A stretch of 64,000 bases of DNA from an uncultured Gemmatimonadales bacterium (GTDB taxonomy: Bacteria; Gemmatimonadota; Gemmatimonadetes; Longimicrobiales; Gaopeijiaceae): assembly GCA_963809895.1 (NCBI GenBank), contig CAWELD010000003.1, positions 3,328,001 to 3,392,000 of the forward strand, in the 5' to 3' direction. The first letter of the stretch is position 1, and each line of letters opens with the position of its first letter. Shown here in pieces: positions 49,377 through 59,227 of this stretch. A program made the translations under genes and the position numbers. Under the pieces are notes generated by a model. It worked only from the letters and a program-made list of their open reading frames with translations. It was not told the origin of the DNA and did no database searches.

Positions 49377-51624
49377 ATGAGACGGGGACGGTGGTGGCTG
49401 GTGTGCGCCCTCGGGGCGCTGATCGGCGGAGCGTGCGGGACTCCCGCGGTGGCGCAGACGGTGGATGGCGACGGAGGTAACGCAGGCGCCGCCGCGGACC
49501 CGCTCCCCCTGACCCGATTACGCACGCCGGTGGTGGTGGACGGTCGTCTCGACGACGAGGGCTGGCGGGGCGTACCGGACCTGCCACTCACCATGTACGA
49601 GCCGGTCTTTCGAGGCACACCCCGCGAGAAGACCGAGATCCGGGTGGCCTACGACGACGAGGCCCTCTACCTGGCCGGTTGGTTCCTGGACAGCGATCCC
49701 GAAGGGGTGCGCATCAACTCCCTCTACCGCGACCGCTGGGCCGGCGACGACGCCTTCGCGGTCTACGTGGATGCGTTCAACGACAACGAGAACGCCAAGT
49801 GGTTCGGCACCACCCCCGCCGGCATCCGTTTCGACCAGTTGGTGTCCGACGACGGCGCCACCTTGAATGGTAGCTGGGACGGGTTCTGGGAGGCCCGCAC
49901 CACCGTCACCGCCGAGGGCTGGTTCGCCGAGAGTGCGCATCCCCTTCTCTACGCTGGGATTCCAGGTGGACGCCGCCGGGCGGGCGGTCATGGGCCTCAC
50001 CGTGACCCGGCTGGTGTCGCGCATCAACGAACGCGTGACCTTCCCCGCCATCGACCCGGCATTCGCCTTCCGGCAGCCCTCCAAGGCGAGGGACGTCGTC
50101 GTGGAGGGCGTGCAAACCCGGAATCCGGTGTACGTGACCCCCTACGTGCTGGGCGGCACCGACCGGGCCGCGGTGCTGGACGGCGATCCCCAGGAGTATC
50201 GCAACGCGAGCGGCACGCAGCGCGAGGTGGGCGGCGATCTCCGCTACGGCGTCACCAGCAATCTCACCCTGGACCTGACCGCCAACACGGACTTCGCCCA
50301 GGTCGAGGCCGACGACCAGCAGGTGAACCTGGACCGCTTCCCCCTCTTCTTTCCCGAGAAGCGGCGCTTCTTCCAGGAACGCTCGGGCATCTTCGACTTC
50401 GCTTTCGGCGGAGGCACCCGCCTCTTCCACTCCCGGCGCATCGGCCTGGACGACGACCGCTCGCCGGTGCCGGTCCGGGGAGGCGGGCGCCTGGTAGGCC
50501 GTCTGGGCGAGTGGGACCTGGGCGTGTTGGACATGGAGACCGGCCCGTCGGGTGGGCTCCCGGCGGAGAACTTCGCGGTGGGACGCCTGCGCCGGCGGGT
50601 CTTCAACGACTATTCCACGGTGGGCCTCATGGCGACCAGCCGTGCGGGAGGTGGCCATGAAGACGTCGCGCTGGGCCTGGACGGCTCCTTCCGCCTCTTC
50701 GGCGACGAGTACCTGACGCTCAAATGGGCCGGAAGCGCCCGCGACGACGAGGCCGCCGACGTGGGTCTGCTGGACCGGAGCATCTGGGATGCGCGCTGGC
50801 AGCGCAGGGCGAGCCGGGGGCTGGCCTACACGCTGGAGCTCGTGCGTTCGGGCGACGCCTGGGATCCGGCGATGGGATTCCTGCCCCGCCGCGACTTCAC
50901 CACCGCCAACGTCCTGGCCAACTGGTACGTCTTCACCGACGACAATCCGGTCTTCCGGCGCGTGTTGCCGGGCATGCTGGCGTTCTCGACGTTCCGCAAT
51001 TCCGATGGCGCCCTGGAGTCGTCGCAGTACGCGGTCTGGATCCAGTGGGAGACCAAGTCCGGGGGCGGCGGATGGCTGGAGCCCAAGCTCTTCCACGACG
51101 ACGTGGCCAACGCGTTCGAGCTGGGAGACGGCGCACAGGTGCCCGTGGGCGCCTACACCTACGCCGACCTCCAGCTCTACCTCTCCATGTCCACCGGGCG
51201 GAAGCTGCGCACCGACATGGATCTGCGCGCCGGCACCTTCTTCGACGGCACCCGCGTCCAGCTCATTCTCACGCCTACCTGGAACGTGTCGCGCCACCTG
51301 GAGCTCGGGGCGGACTACCAGATCAGCAGAATCCGCTTTCCGGACCGTGATCAGGGCGTGGACATCCAGGTCGTGCGCATGAGGGTGCGCACGGCGTTGG
51401 ATGCCCGCGCTTCGGGAAACGCCTTCGTCCAGTACAACTCGGTCTCCGACCGCCTGGACCTGAACGTCCGTCTGCGCTACAACTTCGCCGAGGGCACGGA
51501 CCTGTGGCTGGTCTACAACGAGGGGCTGGCGACGGAGCGCATGACGGACCCGGGCACACCGGAGCTGCCCCGCTCCCTGGCGCGCAGCCTGATCCTCAAG
51601 TACACCCATACCTTCGGCTTCTGA
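49377..51624 (+). CDS. CBM9-like/DUF5916 outer-membrane protein, frameshifted at ~49932
   Basis: VDGRLDD..W, VAYDDEALY, WFAE|VRIPFSTL, NTDFAQVEAD..NLDRFPLFFPEKRRFF; terminal Phe. Confidence 0.85.
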
Positions 51625-51672
51625 ACCCACGGGGCGCCCCCGAGGCGCGGCGCCCCACCCGACGGAGGACCC

Positions 51673-52755
51673 ATGAGCTGGCGGGTGGTGCTGCTGGTCA
51701 TTCTGGGCTGGTTGCTGGTGGGCGTCGTGTGGGGCGCCCAGACGGCGCTGGCCGCCACGCTCCAGGGCCAGGAGGCGGCACTGGGGCCGGCGGTGGTGAA
51801 CGCCCTGACCCAGGTGATCCCCTGGATTCCCGCGACGCTGGCCGTGGTCGGGCTCACCGTGCGCTTTCCGCTGGACCGGGAGCGTTGGCGCCGGAGCCTG
51901 CCGGTGCACGTGGTGGCGGTACCGCTGGTGGCGTGGCTCGTGAACGTCCTCGTGGTGCTGGGATTCTGGGTCCGGGGCGGCACCTTCCAGGGGCTCGGCC
52001 AGCTCATGAGTCAGGGCGTCTACTGGGCCACCATGCGCATCCACGTGGTCGTGCTGGTCTACGCCGCGCTGGCGGGCATCACCCAGATGGTGCGCATGCG
52101 GCAGGCACTCCGGGCCCGGGAGCTGGACCTGGCCCGGCAGGAGGGCCAACTCGCCACGGCGCGCCTGCAGGCCCTCACCGCACAGCTCCGTCCCCACTTC
52201 CTCTTCAACACCCTCCACACGCTGGGGCAACTGTGGCGGAGTGGGCATGCCGATGAAGCGGATGCCATGCTGGACCGTCTGGGGGCCCTCTTCCAGCGGG
52301 TCCAGGCCAGCACCCGTAGCCTGGAGGTTCCCCTGGGAGACGAGCTCACCATGGTGCGAGACTACCTGGCCATCGAGGAGGCCCGCTTCCGCGACCGCCT
52401 CCGGGTCAGCATCGACGCGGGACCCGGCACGGAACGCTGTCTGGTCCCGCCCCTCCTCCTGCAGCCGCTGGTGGAGAACGCGATCCGGCACGGGATCTCC
52501 GCCCGCTCCAGCGCGGGTCGGCTCGAGGTGGAGGCGACGCGCCGCGGCGGACGACTGCTGCTGGCCGTCGAGGACGACGGCCCGGGCATGGAGGCGGCCT
52601 CGAAATCCCCCGGAACCGGGGTGGGACTGGCCAACACCCGAGAGCGCCTGGCTCAGCTCTACGGCCAGGACCAGAGCATGACCCTCGAACGACCCGCCCA
52701 GGGTGGCACGCGGGTGTGCCTCGACATCCCCGCCAGAGAAGCGACGGATGGTTGA
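51673..52755 (+). CDS. LytS-like sensor histidine kinase
   Basis: AQLRPHFLFNTLH, LQPLVENAIRHG, DDGPG, GVGLAN. Confidence 0.93.
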   Translation: MSWRVVLLVILGWLLVGVVWGAQTALAATLQGQEAALGPAVVNALTQVIPWIPATLAVVGLTVRFPLDRERWRRSLPVHVVAVPLVAWLVNVLVVLGFWVRGGTFQGLGQLMSQGVYWATMRIHVVVLVYAALAGITQMVRMRQALRARELDLARQEGQLATARLQALTAQLRPHFLFNTLHTLGQLWRSGHADEADAMLDRLGALFQRVQASTRSLEVPLGDELTMVRDYLAIEEARFRDRLRVSIDAGPGTERCLVPPLLLQPLVENAIRHGISARSSAGRLEVEATRRGGRLLLAVEDDGPGMEAASKSPGTGVGLANTRERLAQLYGQDQSMTLERPAQGGTRVCLDIPAREATDG

Positions 52756-53578
52756 CCACGAGCGGCGGCCCTACCGGGCGGTGGTGGTGGACGACGAGCC
52801 CACGGCCCGCGAGGTGGTGACCACCTTCCTGGACGAGGAGCCCGCCGTGGAGGTGGTGGGGGAGGCGGGAGACGGCGACACGGCCGTCGAGATGGTGCGA
52901 AGCCTCGAGCCCGACCTGCTCTTCCTGGACGTACAGATGCCCGACCGCGACGGCTTCGGCGTGCTGGAGGCGTTGGGAGACGACGTCCCCCCGGGCGTGG
53001 TGTTCGTGACAGCCCACGACGAGCACGCGCTCCGGGCCTTCGAGGTGCACGCGCTGGACTACGTCCTCAAGCCTTTCGGCCGACCCCGCTTCCAGGCGGC
53101 GGTCGCCCGCGCGCTCCGGCGACTGGAGGCCGAGAGCGCGCTGGAGGCGCGGCAGACGCTGAGCGCCCTGCTGGAGGGACGCCGGGCCGGCCAGGGTGCC
53201 GCGGCCGAGCTCACCGCGTCGGGCGAGGGCGCGGGCTCCGAAGCGCCCCGCCGGCTCGGCGTGCGTGTCGGCACCCGCACCATCCTGGTGCCGGTGGACG
53301 ACATGGACTGGGCCGAGGCCGACGGCGACTACGTGAAGCTGCACGCAGCGGGCAAGGTGCATCTGCTCTCGTCGCGCCTGCATGCCTTGGAGTCCGCCCT
53401 GGATCCGACGCGCTTTCTGCGAATCCATCGCTCGGTGCTGGTGAACCTCGACCGGGTCCGGGAGCTGCACCGGGATCCCGACGGCGGGGGCCACGTCCTC
53501 CTCCAGAACGACGTGCGCCTGCGTGTGGCGCGAAGCCGTTGGGAGGACCTGGAGACGGCGCTCCGCCTGGGTCGTTGA
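52748..53578 (+). CDS. LytR/AlgR family response regulator
   Basis: VVDDEP, FLDVQMP, DYVLKP; LytTR FLRIHRS. Confidence 0.94.
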   Translation: MVDHERRPYRAVVVDDEPTAREVVTTFLDEEPAVEVVGEAGDGDTAVEMVRSLEPDLLFLDVQMPDRDGFGVLEALGDDVPPGVVFVTAHDEHALRAFEVHALDYVLKPFGRPRFQAAVARALRRLEAESALEARQTLSALLEGRRAGQGAAAELTASGEGAGSEAPRRLGVRVGTRTILVPVDDMDWAEADGDYVKLHAAGKVHLLSSRLHALESALDPTRFLRIHRSVLVNLDRVRELHRDPDGGGHVLLQNDVRLRVARSRWEDLETALRLGR

Positions 53579-53738
53579 CCGGGGGCTCTTGACCACAGCC
53601 TCTGCGCCCCCGTACCGTCGATCACCGTCGTGGCGAGGCGCGCTCCAAAGGCGCGTCACCGCACCCGGCCGTCGAGGTCGGGGGATCCTCGGAGGCCAGA
53701 CGCATGCCCTTCCACCTCACAGCCCGTCCCGGCACCGC

Positions 53739-54611
53739 ATGAGCCTCTTCCGACGAAGCGGGCCGGGTGTGCAGGTCACGGTGTCCGCGCTGAGCGACGT
53801 GGGGCAGGTGCGAGATCACAACGAGGATCGTTATCTGATCGCGGACCTCACCAGCCGCGAGATCTCCGACGGAGAGGGCCAGCACCGCTACACCCTGGGT
53901 CCCATGGGATCCATCCTGTTGGTGGCCGACGGCATGGGCGGCGCCGCCGCCGGTGAACTGGCCAGCCAGATGGCCAGCGACCTCATCTACGAGCAGCTCG
54001 CCACCGAGTGGTCCTCCGAGTCCTATCCCACCCCGGAGCGCTTCGCGGCCCGCGTGCGCGAGGCCGTGGAGCGCGCGAACAGCCGCATCCACGCCGAATC
54101 CGAGACCCAGCCCCATCTCCAGGGCATGGGCACGACCGCCACCCTGGTGGGCATCCTGGGTCCGCGCCTGCTGGTGAGTCAGGTGGGGGATTCCCGGGCC
54201 TACCTGGTGCGGGAGGGAGAAGCCGTCCAGATCACCCGGGATCAATCGTTCGTGCAGCACCTGCTGGATACGGGACGAGTCTCGGAGGAGGAAGCCTACA
54301 AGATGGCTCCCCAGAACGTGATCCTGCAGGCGCTGGGGCCCGCGCCCACCGTCGAGGTCGTGCAGAGCTGGGAGACGATTCTACAGGGGGATACGGTGCT
54401 GCTGTGCTCAGACGGCCTGTCTGGACTCGTGGGCATCGACGACATCGCGCGCATCGTGAACGACTCGAGCCGCCTGCACCAGGCCTGTCAGGGACTGGTG
54501 GACCTGGCCAACGCGAACGGGGGCCCCGACAACATCACCGTGATTCTGGCCAGCTTCGACGGCGACGGGCTCATGTCGCCCGACGAGGTGGAGCCGCAAG
54601 CGCCCTTCTAG
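53739..54611 (+). CDS. PP2C-type Ser/Thr phosphatase (Stp1/PppA-like)
   Basis: RDHNED, VADGMGG, GMGTT, VGDSRAY, CSDGL, GPDNIT. Confidence 0.93.
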   Translation: MSLFRRSGPGVQVTVSALSDVGQVRDHNEDRYLIADLTSREISDGEGQHRYTLGPMGSILLVADGMGGAAAGELASQMASDLIYEQLATEWSSESYPTPERFAARVREAVERANSRIHAESETQPHLQGMGTTATLVGILGPRLLVSQVGDSRAYLVREGEAVQITRDQSFVQHLLDTGRVSEEEAYKMAPQNVILQALGPAPTVEVVQSWETILQGDTVLLCSDGLSGLVGIDDIARIVNDSSRLHQACQGLVDLANANGGPDNITVILASFDGDGLMSPDEVEPQAPF

Positions 54612-54639
54612 CGTAGCGGCCATTCGCAGCGCGGAGGTC

Positions 54640-55878
54640 TCAGCGTCGCAGGAAAGCCTGTTGCCGGAAGCCCGGCGCCCGGGTCTCGTAGAGGGGCCGC
54701 GCGGGGTCCGACAGAGCGACTTCCAGCGCCGCCGCGTTACGCTGCCGCTGCCGGCCTTCCCGTAGCGCCGTCATGAAGACCTCGGGCGAGTGGGGCTCAC
54801 CGCGCAGGTAGCGGGTGCCCGGCGAAAAGCCGGATCCGTTCCGACCCCACCACTCGCGGAGCAGCTCGGGGTCGGGCCAGGGCAGGTCTTCGTCCACGTC
54901 CAGGGCAACGTCTTCGTCGGCCGGGTCCTCGGTCGGCCCCGCCTCGAAACCCTCCGGCGCATCGGCCTCCAGATCCTCGTAGGCCAGGTCGAGACCCGTG
55001 AGCATGCTGAAGGCCTCGCCAGCCGGCCGGGCCAGCTCCTCGACCGCCATCATGTCGAGGAGCCACGGCACCAGCGCCGGGTCGCCCAGGGCGGTGGCCA
55101 CCTGCACGGCCAGGCGCGCGTGGGGCTCGCTCTCGGCCAGGCTCGCCCACCAGGCGTGGGCACGCTCCAGGGGCATCCTGCGCGCGGCCAGGTCCGTGAC
55201 CTGCACCGCGCGGGCGCCCTCGCCGCCGGCGAGCTCGGCCAGCGCATGAATGGCCTCGACGTCGCCGAGAAGCGCGCCGGACCAGGCGGCCCACATGCGA
55301 ACGTCGCTCTCCTCGGCCGCATAATGGGCCTGGCAATGCGACAACAGGTCGCGCCGGCCCAGCTCGCCCGCCGCCTTCAGCGCTCGGGACTTCGGGGCGC
55401 CCTCCTCGGCCACGATCGCCCGCTGCAGGGCGTCGCCCGGATCGTGCCGGTGCACGGCGGCTCCGCCGATACCGATGCGCCGGAGCATGGGATCCCCGGA
55501 ATCCAGGAGCTCCATGGCCCAGGGGATGGCCTGCTCCGGCGCCAGCCAACCCAGCGCCGAGATGGCTCCCCGGGCCAGCTCCGTGCTCTCCGACGCGACG
55601 GTGAGCGCCTCCTCGAGCCGCTCCCGGCTGCCGGCCTCGAGGGCGAGCAGCGTCGCCATGAAGACCTCGCCCGCCTCCTTCCACCCGAGCTCTTCGCGCA
55701 CGATCTCCCACCCCGGATCGCCGCCGATGCGGAGCCCGTCGACGTGGGCCTCGACCCGCCCGTCCAGGCGCGCCAGGTCTTTCAGATCGTAGTGCGGCGC
55801 CCACACGGCCAGATCGCGGAGGAGCCAGTTGAAGGCCGCCTCCTCGGCGTGCTGGGAGAGGACGAGGGGGATGGTCAT
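54640..55878 (-). CDS. TIGR02270-like HEAT-repeat T6SS accessory protein
   Basis: QHAEEAAF..LD.RVEAHVDGL; DEDLPWPDP; RYLRG; position at the end of the cassette. Confidence 0.82.
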   Translation of the reverse strand: MTIPLVLSQHAEEAAFNWLLRDLAVWAPHYDLKDLARLDGRVEAHVDGLRIGGDPGWEIVREELGWKEAGEVFMATLLALEAGSRERLEEALTVASESTELARGAISALGWLAPEQAIPWAMELLDSGDPMLRRIGIGGAAVHRHDPGDALQRAIVAEEGAPKSRALKAAGELGRRDLLSHCQAHYAAEESDVRMWAAWSGALLGDVEAIHALAELAGGEGARAVQVTDLAARRMPLERAHAWWASLAESEPHARLAVQVATALGDPALVPWLLDMMAVEELARPAGEAFSMLTGLDLAYEDLEADAPEGFEAGPTEDPADEDVALDVDEDLPWPDPELLREWWGRNGSGFSPGTRYLRGEPHSPEVFMTALREGRQRQRNAAALEVALSDPARPLYETRAPGFRQQAFLRR

Positions 55879-55892
55879 GGGCGTGGGAGAGC

Positions 55893-56798
55893 TCAGTCGA
55901 TGCGGGACCAGACAGTGCCATCGAACGCCACGAGATCCTTGGCACCGATCGACCAGAGCACTTCGTCCGTGACGGATAGACCATAGCACGTGCCGATGGC
56001 GACATCGCCCGTCTCGACGCGCTCGAGCTCCCCATCACTCAGCCGGAACAACTCGCTCATCGAGGTAAAGTAGAGCGCACCGTCGAACCACCGCACGCCC
56101 CAGAGATCCAGCTCGAGGCCTCCAGTATCGATCTGCTCCCACTGTTCGCCGCGACCGCGCACGAGTGTGCCAGCCTGACCACACGCATAGACACGTCCAT
56201 CGCCGGCACAGCAGACATCGGTAAGGATCAGGTTCGTCGGACTTCCGGCACGATGCCACTCCCGCCCGTCGAACGAATGGATCTCGCCCTTCCAGCCGAC
56301 GCAGTAGAGTTCGTCGATCCCGAAACCGTCGACACCCTCGAACCCGACTGCGCCTTCCTCCTCGGTCGCGCCGAGGTCCGGAGCCAGATCCCTCCATTCG
56401 TTCCGCGCCTCACGACGATAGATCTGACGGCCCATCCCCACGGCATGCATGAGCCCGCCGATCACCCGGCCACCACGGAGGGAGCCTCGGGCCCGGGGGC
56501 CCGTCCACTCGTCGCCGATGGCCTCTTCGTGTTGCTCCCCGCTGCCTGCGACGACCACCTCCCCGTACTCGCCTACGACGATCGCCTGTTCCAAAGGCCT
56601 CCGTAATACCTCCACCGCGGCCGTGTACCATGGCCACGTTCCGATCTGGCCAAATTCGCCGTGGTCCCACTCGGTGATGACCGAATGGGGGATCCGCTCC
56701 TCCGCCATGCTGTCCACCGACAGCGAGACGTACCCGACGTCCGGGTTTCGCACTGCTCCCTTCACGAAGGAGCCGACCTCCGTCAGTTGGCCGGGCAT
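55893..56798 (-). CDS. Putative immunity protein, beta-propeller (Tsi7-like)
   Basis: Directly downstream of the effector; repeats AVGMGRQIY, CVGWKGEIHSFDG, ACGQAGTL. Confidence 0.7.
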   Translation of the reverse strand: MPGQLTEVGSFVKGAVRNPDVGYVSLSVDSMAEERIPHSVITEWDHGEFGQIGTWPWYTAAVEVLRRPLEQAIVVGEYGEVVVAGSGEQHEEAIGDEWTGPRARGSLRGGRVIGGLMHAVGMGRQIYRREARNEWRDLAPDLGATEEEGAVGFEGVDGFGIDELYCVGWKGEIHSFDGREWHRAGSPTNLILTDVCCAGDGRVYACGQAGTLVRGRGEQWEQIDTGGLELDLWGVRWFDGALYFTSMSELFRLSDGELERVETGDVAIGTCYGLSVTDEVLWSIGAKDLVAFDGTVWSRID

Positions 56799-56808
56799 CC
56801 GCGCCTCC

Positions 56809-58077
56809 TCAGCATAGTCCCGCCTTCCTCATCCGATTGAAGAGCTCCCTGGAGGCTCTCTCCTGGCAGTTCTGTTTGGCGAATTCGACCTCGTGAAGAT
56901 CGGTCTTTCCGGCCTCGACGGCCTTGATCTTCGTCTTGTCGTCTACGCCGCCCTGGTTGTGATAGGCATCCAACTGGCTCTCGATGCAGTCAGGGTCACA
57001 CCCGGCCAGGGGGAAGACCTCTTTCATCGCTTGTTTCGCGTTTTCCTTGGCCTGCTTGTAGGTCACGGTCTTGTGTGTGCCTGTGCTTCCATCCGCGAAG
57101 TGCAGCAGACCTTCTTCGGCATTCTGGTTGTTGTAGCTCTGCAGGGTGTGCATGAACCCATGGGTACCGACGTTCTGTGTCGGCCCCTCCGCGCAAACGC
57201 ACGGGGCGCTGTCTTCCTCGTATCTCACTTCGTCGTCCTCCACCAACGCCTCGATGGCGATGGATTCGACCTTCCTCTTCTTCCCGTCCGACCCTTTGCG
57301 CGTCACGGGCTTGCCTCGACCGACATTGAAGAACGCGCTGGCTTCGACGAGATGGTGTGGAGTCTGGCCCGGACAGCAACCGTTCGGCTTGTAGGTCTGA
57401 AGACTGCATCGTCGAACGCTGATGCACTGATTGGCCTCAGCGCGATCCGCGGCTTCCAGGGCGTCCCGACGGTTCTTGGCCACCCCGCCGGGCGTATCGA
57501 TCTCCATGTCGTACTCTCGGCCCGGCTTCTCCATGAGACCGGCGTCCTCGCAGACGTCCTTGTCCCCATGCGGCTTGTATTCCTTGCACGCGTTGTACTC
57601 GCGCTTCATGTCCTTCACGCACGGGTCGTCGAGGCTCACGGCCATCTGGTCCGTATACGGCCAAACCGCCGTATTCCCCGGCACCGACGCGTGATTGTGC
57701 GTCGTCAGATCCAGGTGCCGAACCACGTTCTCGCCCTCGACCTTCACGTCCATGGACCAGGCGTTGAAGTAGACCTTGCCGCGGTTCACGCTGGTGACGA
57801 CGCCCTTCTTGGTGGCCGAGCCTGCCTCGTCTCCGGTGCTCTTCTTGAAGTAGGACTTGTTCTTGAGCATGACCTCCTTGTCGGAGATCTTGACCTTCTT
57901 GCTGCCCGACGTGGTGTCGCTCGCCATTCCCGTGTTCGGATAGGGAATAGGCACACCGGGCGGCGTCGTGGGATTCTCCGGTGGCGTCATGCAGACGTCG
58001 GGAAAGCTCGCGATGGACTTCCCGTCGCCCGCCTTGCAGGAGATCTCCCTCCCGTTGGCGAAGACGTTGTTCGCCAT
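56809..58077 (-). CDS. PAAR-like (DUF4150) T6SS effector with C-terminal HNH/Tox-GHH2-like nuclease (Tse7-like)
   Basis: FPDVCMTP..PIPYPN..STGDEAG..WSMDVKVEGENVVRHLD; C-terminal CCPGQTPHH..CVC..THGFMH. Confidence 0.82.
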   Translation of the reverse strand: MANNVFANGREISCKAGDGKSIASFPDVCMTPPENPTTPPGVPIPYPNTGMASDTTSGSKKVKISDKEVMLKNKSYFKKSTGDEAGSATKKGVVTSVNRGKVYFNAWSMDVKVEGENVVRHLDLTTHNHASVPGNTAVWPYTDQMAVSLDDPCVKDMKREYNACKEYKPHGDKDVCEDAGLMEKPGREYDMEIDTPGGVAKNRRDALEAADRAEANQCISVRRCSLQTYKPNGCCPGQTPHHLVEASAFFNVGRGKPVTRKGSDGKKRKVESIAIEALVEDDEVRYEEDSAPCVCAEGPTQNVGTHGFMHTLQSYNNQNAEEGLLHFADGSTGTHKTVTYKQAKENAKQAMKEVFPLAGCDPDCIESQLDAYHNQGGVDDKTKIKAVEAGKTDLHEVEFAKQNCQERASRELFNRMRKAGLC

Positions 58078-59096
58078 CAGGCGGCCTCCGTCGACGCGTC
58101 CAGGAGAAACGCTCCCCGCTCGGCACCGTCGCCGCTGACGTGGGCCAGCACGCGCCGGCCGGGAGCCCAGTCCTTGGCCATGGCCGACTGAATCACGGAC
58201 ACCATGATCGGCACCGCCGCGGCCCCGGTCTCACCCACGCAATCGGCGGGATGCCAGAGGTCATACTCCTCCTTGCGGGTCCGGAGCACCCGGGTGAGCG
58301 CCAGCGCAGCCTCCTTGAAGCCGAACTGCTCGCCGCTCAGGTCCGTGATGCGGAAGTCGGTGTGCCCGAGCTTCCAGCCGGCATCGTCCAGCGCGGCGCG
58401 GAAAGCCTGCACGAGGCCATCGGCTCGGTTGGGCTCGCCCGATCCGCGGGGCGCGGGCTCCATGCCGTAGCCGACGCCGATGCAGCGGACCGTACCGCCG
58501 GACCCGACGGGGCCCACGAGCACCGCGGCCGCGGCCTCGCCGGGAATGAAGCCGTCGGAGTTCTCGGCGGTGAGCAGGCGGTGCTGCCGGTGCCAGCCGT
58601 CCAGCGAGCGAGCCACCAGGAGCGAATCGGCGCCGGCCACGAGGCAGCGCGGCACGCCCTCGGCCAGCACGCGCCGCGAATAGTCCAGGGCCTGCACACC
58701 TCCGATACGACCGTTGGAGAACACCCGTGACCAGGGGTGGAAACGCACCTGCAAGCGCTCCTCCACCGCCCGGATCAGGCTGTCGTCCAACCCCGCGAGC
58801 CTGCCGGGTCGGTCCTCTTCAGGCAAACTCAGGAGCAGCGGCACATCGCCGGGCCGGGCTCCTTCAAGCCCTTCGATGCACTCGCCCACCGCCGAGGTCA
58901 CCATGTGGAGCAGCTTTTCACGGCCCCGCCACGGTTCTTCGAGCGGCACTTCGCATCCCAGGAGCCACTGGCCGTCGAACATGAAGCGGGTCTCCTCGAA
59001 GGCCGAGATGCCGGCGCGGATCGCGGCGCACGCGGCGGGCGCACTCAGCCCGACGCCGGTGACCATGCCGGTCCGGAGGATCTCCACGGCATTCAC
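58077..59096 (-). CDS. Thiolase/3-oxoacyl-ACP synthase-like T6SS accessory protein (PRK06147-like)
   Basis: GMVTGVGL..CAAIRAG, GFIPGEAAA, DLSGE, HPADCVGETGAA. Confidence 0.85.
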   Translation of the reverse strand: MNAVEILRTGMVTGVGLSAPAACAAIRAGISAFEETRFMFDGQWLLGCEVPLEEPWRGREKLLHMVTSAVGECIEGLEGARPGDVPLLLSLPEEDRPGRLAGLDDSLIRAVEERLQVRFHPWSRVFSNGRIGGVQALDYSRRVLAEGVPRCLVAGADSLLVARSLDGWHRQHRLLTAENSDGFIPGEAAAAVLVGPVGSGGTVRCIGVGYGMEPAPRGSGEPNRADGLVQAFRAALDDAGWKLGHTDFRITDLSGEQFGFKEAALALTRVLRTRKEEYDLWHPADCVGETGAAAVPIMVSVIQSAMAKDWAPGRRVLAHVSGDGAERGAFLLDASTEAA

Positions 59097-59105
59097 CGCG
59101 AATCC

Positions 59106-59203
59106 CCGCGACCTGACACCCATCCGACGTTTCAGCTGAAACGCGGGAGCGGCGCGCGGCCCATCCGCGGTCTGATACCGCCCTGACGTTTCAGCTGAAA
59201 CGT
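59106..59203. repeat. Two tandem 38-bp units (59-bp period), each ending in palindrome CGTTTCAGCTGAAACG
   Basis: Units at 59106-59143 and 59165-59202. Confidence 0.85.
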
Positions 59204-59227
59204 GCCGGCACGGGTGGAAGGCGGCCC

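Noticed and set aside
51631..51656. GGGGCGCC/GGCGCCCC hairpin as an intrinsic terminator
   Set aside because: No U-tract, and such stems are common at this GC content
49906..52491. Long antisense ORFs (861 aa here; also 20590-22443, 46021-48021 and 60791-63190)
   Set aside because: Shadow ORFs opposite well-supported genes, typical of high-GC codon bias
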